Source: Pseudomonadota bacterium (GTDB taxonomy: Bacteria; Pseudomonadota; Alphaproteobacteria; Paracaedibacterales; CAITNM01). Taken from it: a stretch of DNA of 64,000 bases. A program made the translations under genes and the position numbers. Positions 63,969 to 64,000 of the stretch are shown here, one piece after another (within the stretch, counting starts at the first letter, position 1; the number at the start of each line of letters is the position of its first letter). The stretch covers positions 170,493-234,492 of the forward strand of contig JAGOSL010000001.1 of the NCBI GenBank assembly GCA_018062345.1, given 5' to 3'. The notes under the pieces were generated by a model. It made no database searches. It had not been told where the DNA came from and saw nothing but the letters and a program-made list of their open reading frames with translations.

Positions 63969-64000
63969 ATGTCTTTTTCGGTAAAGGAATCACCAACTCA
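63969..64000 (+). CDS. 5' end of an unidentified CDS (runs off the window end)
   Basis: AGGAGAG RBS followed by ATG TCT TTT TCG GTA AAG GAA. Too short to identify. Confidence 0.3.
   Translation, partial: MSFSVKESPT

Overview
AT-rich, gene-dense chromosomal window with about 75 supportable CDS, 2 tRNAs and 1 IS element. By gene content it looks alphaproteobacterial: MipZ, an alpha-type FliJ, an NDUFAF7/MidA-like methyltransferase, the tsaE-amgK-murU cluster and a 1200-aa class II RNR. The many orphan secreted proteins, ProP-type MFS carriers and scattered flagellar genes fit an intracellular or amoeba-associated lifestyle; that is inference, and no search was run. The backbone is housekeeping: coxC, hup, tRNA-Val, bepA-like M48, hemD, lpxC, tsaE/amgK/murU, nrdJ, plsY, PduO-type adenosyltransferase, tRNA-Pro, dgkA, aqpZ, rimM-rpsP-ffh, PMM/PGM, galU, mipZ, prs, pgeF, lgt, recR, hemC, pgsA, ndk and ruvC. 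Five accessory loci are the best candidates for something undescribed. (1) 23.8-27.7 kb holds a tightly coupled operon: a DASS/IT-type permease fused to a cNMP-like domain, plus two solute-binding proteins and no ABC parts. (2) 11.8-15.8 kb holds a GATM-like amidinotransferase, a six-TM CqsS/LqsS-like histidine kinase and an atypical response regulator, bracketed by three copies of a GC-rich hairpin repeat. (3) A paralogous secreted-protein family sits head-to-head with two flagellar operons, fliDS and fliOP. (4) 48-52.6 kb holds orphan secreted or repeat proteins around prs. (5) An orphan MotB-like protein carries a long coiled coil. No CRISPR array, rRNA, prophage or recognisable defence system was seen. 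All family assignments come from reading motifs by eye and need HMM or BLAST confirmation.
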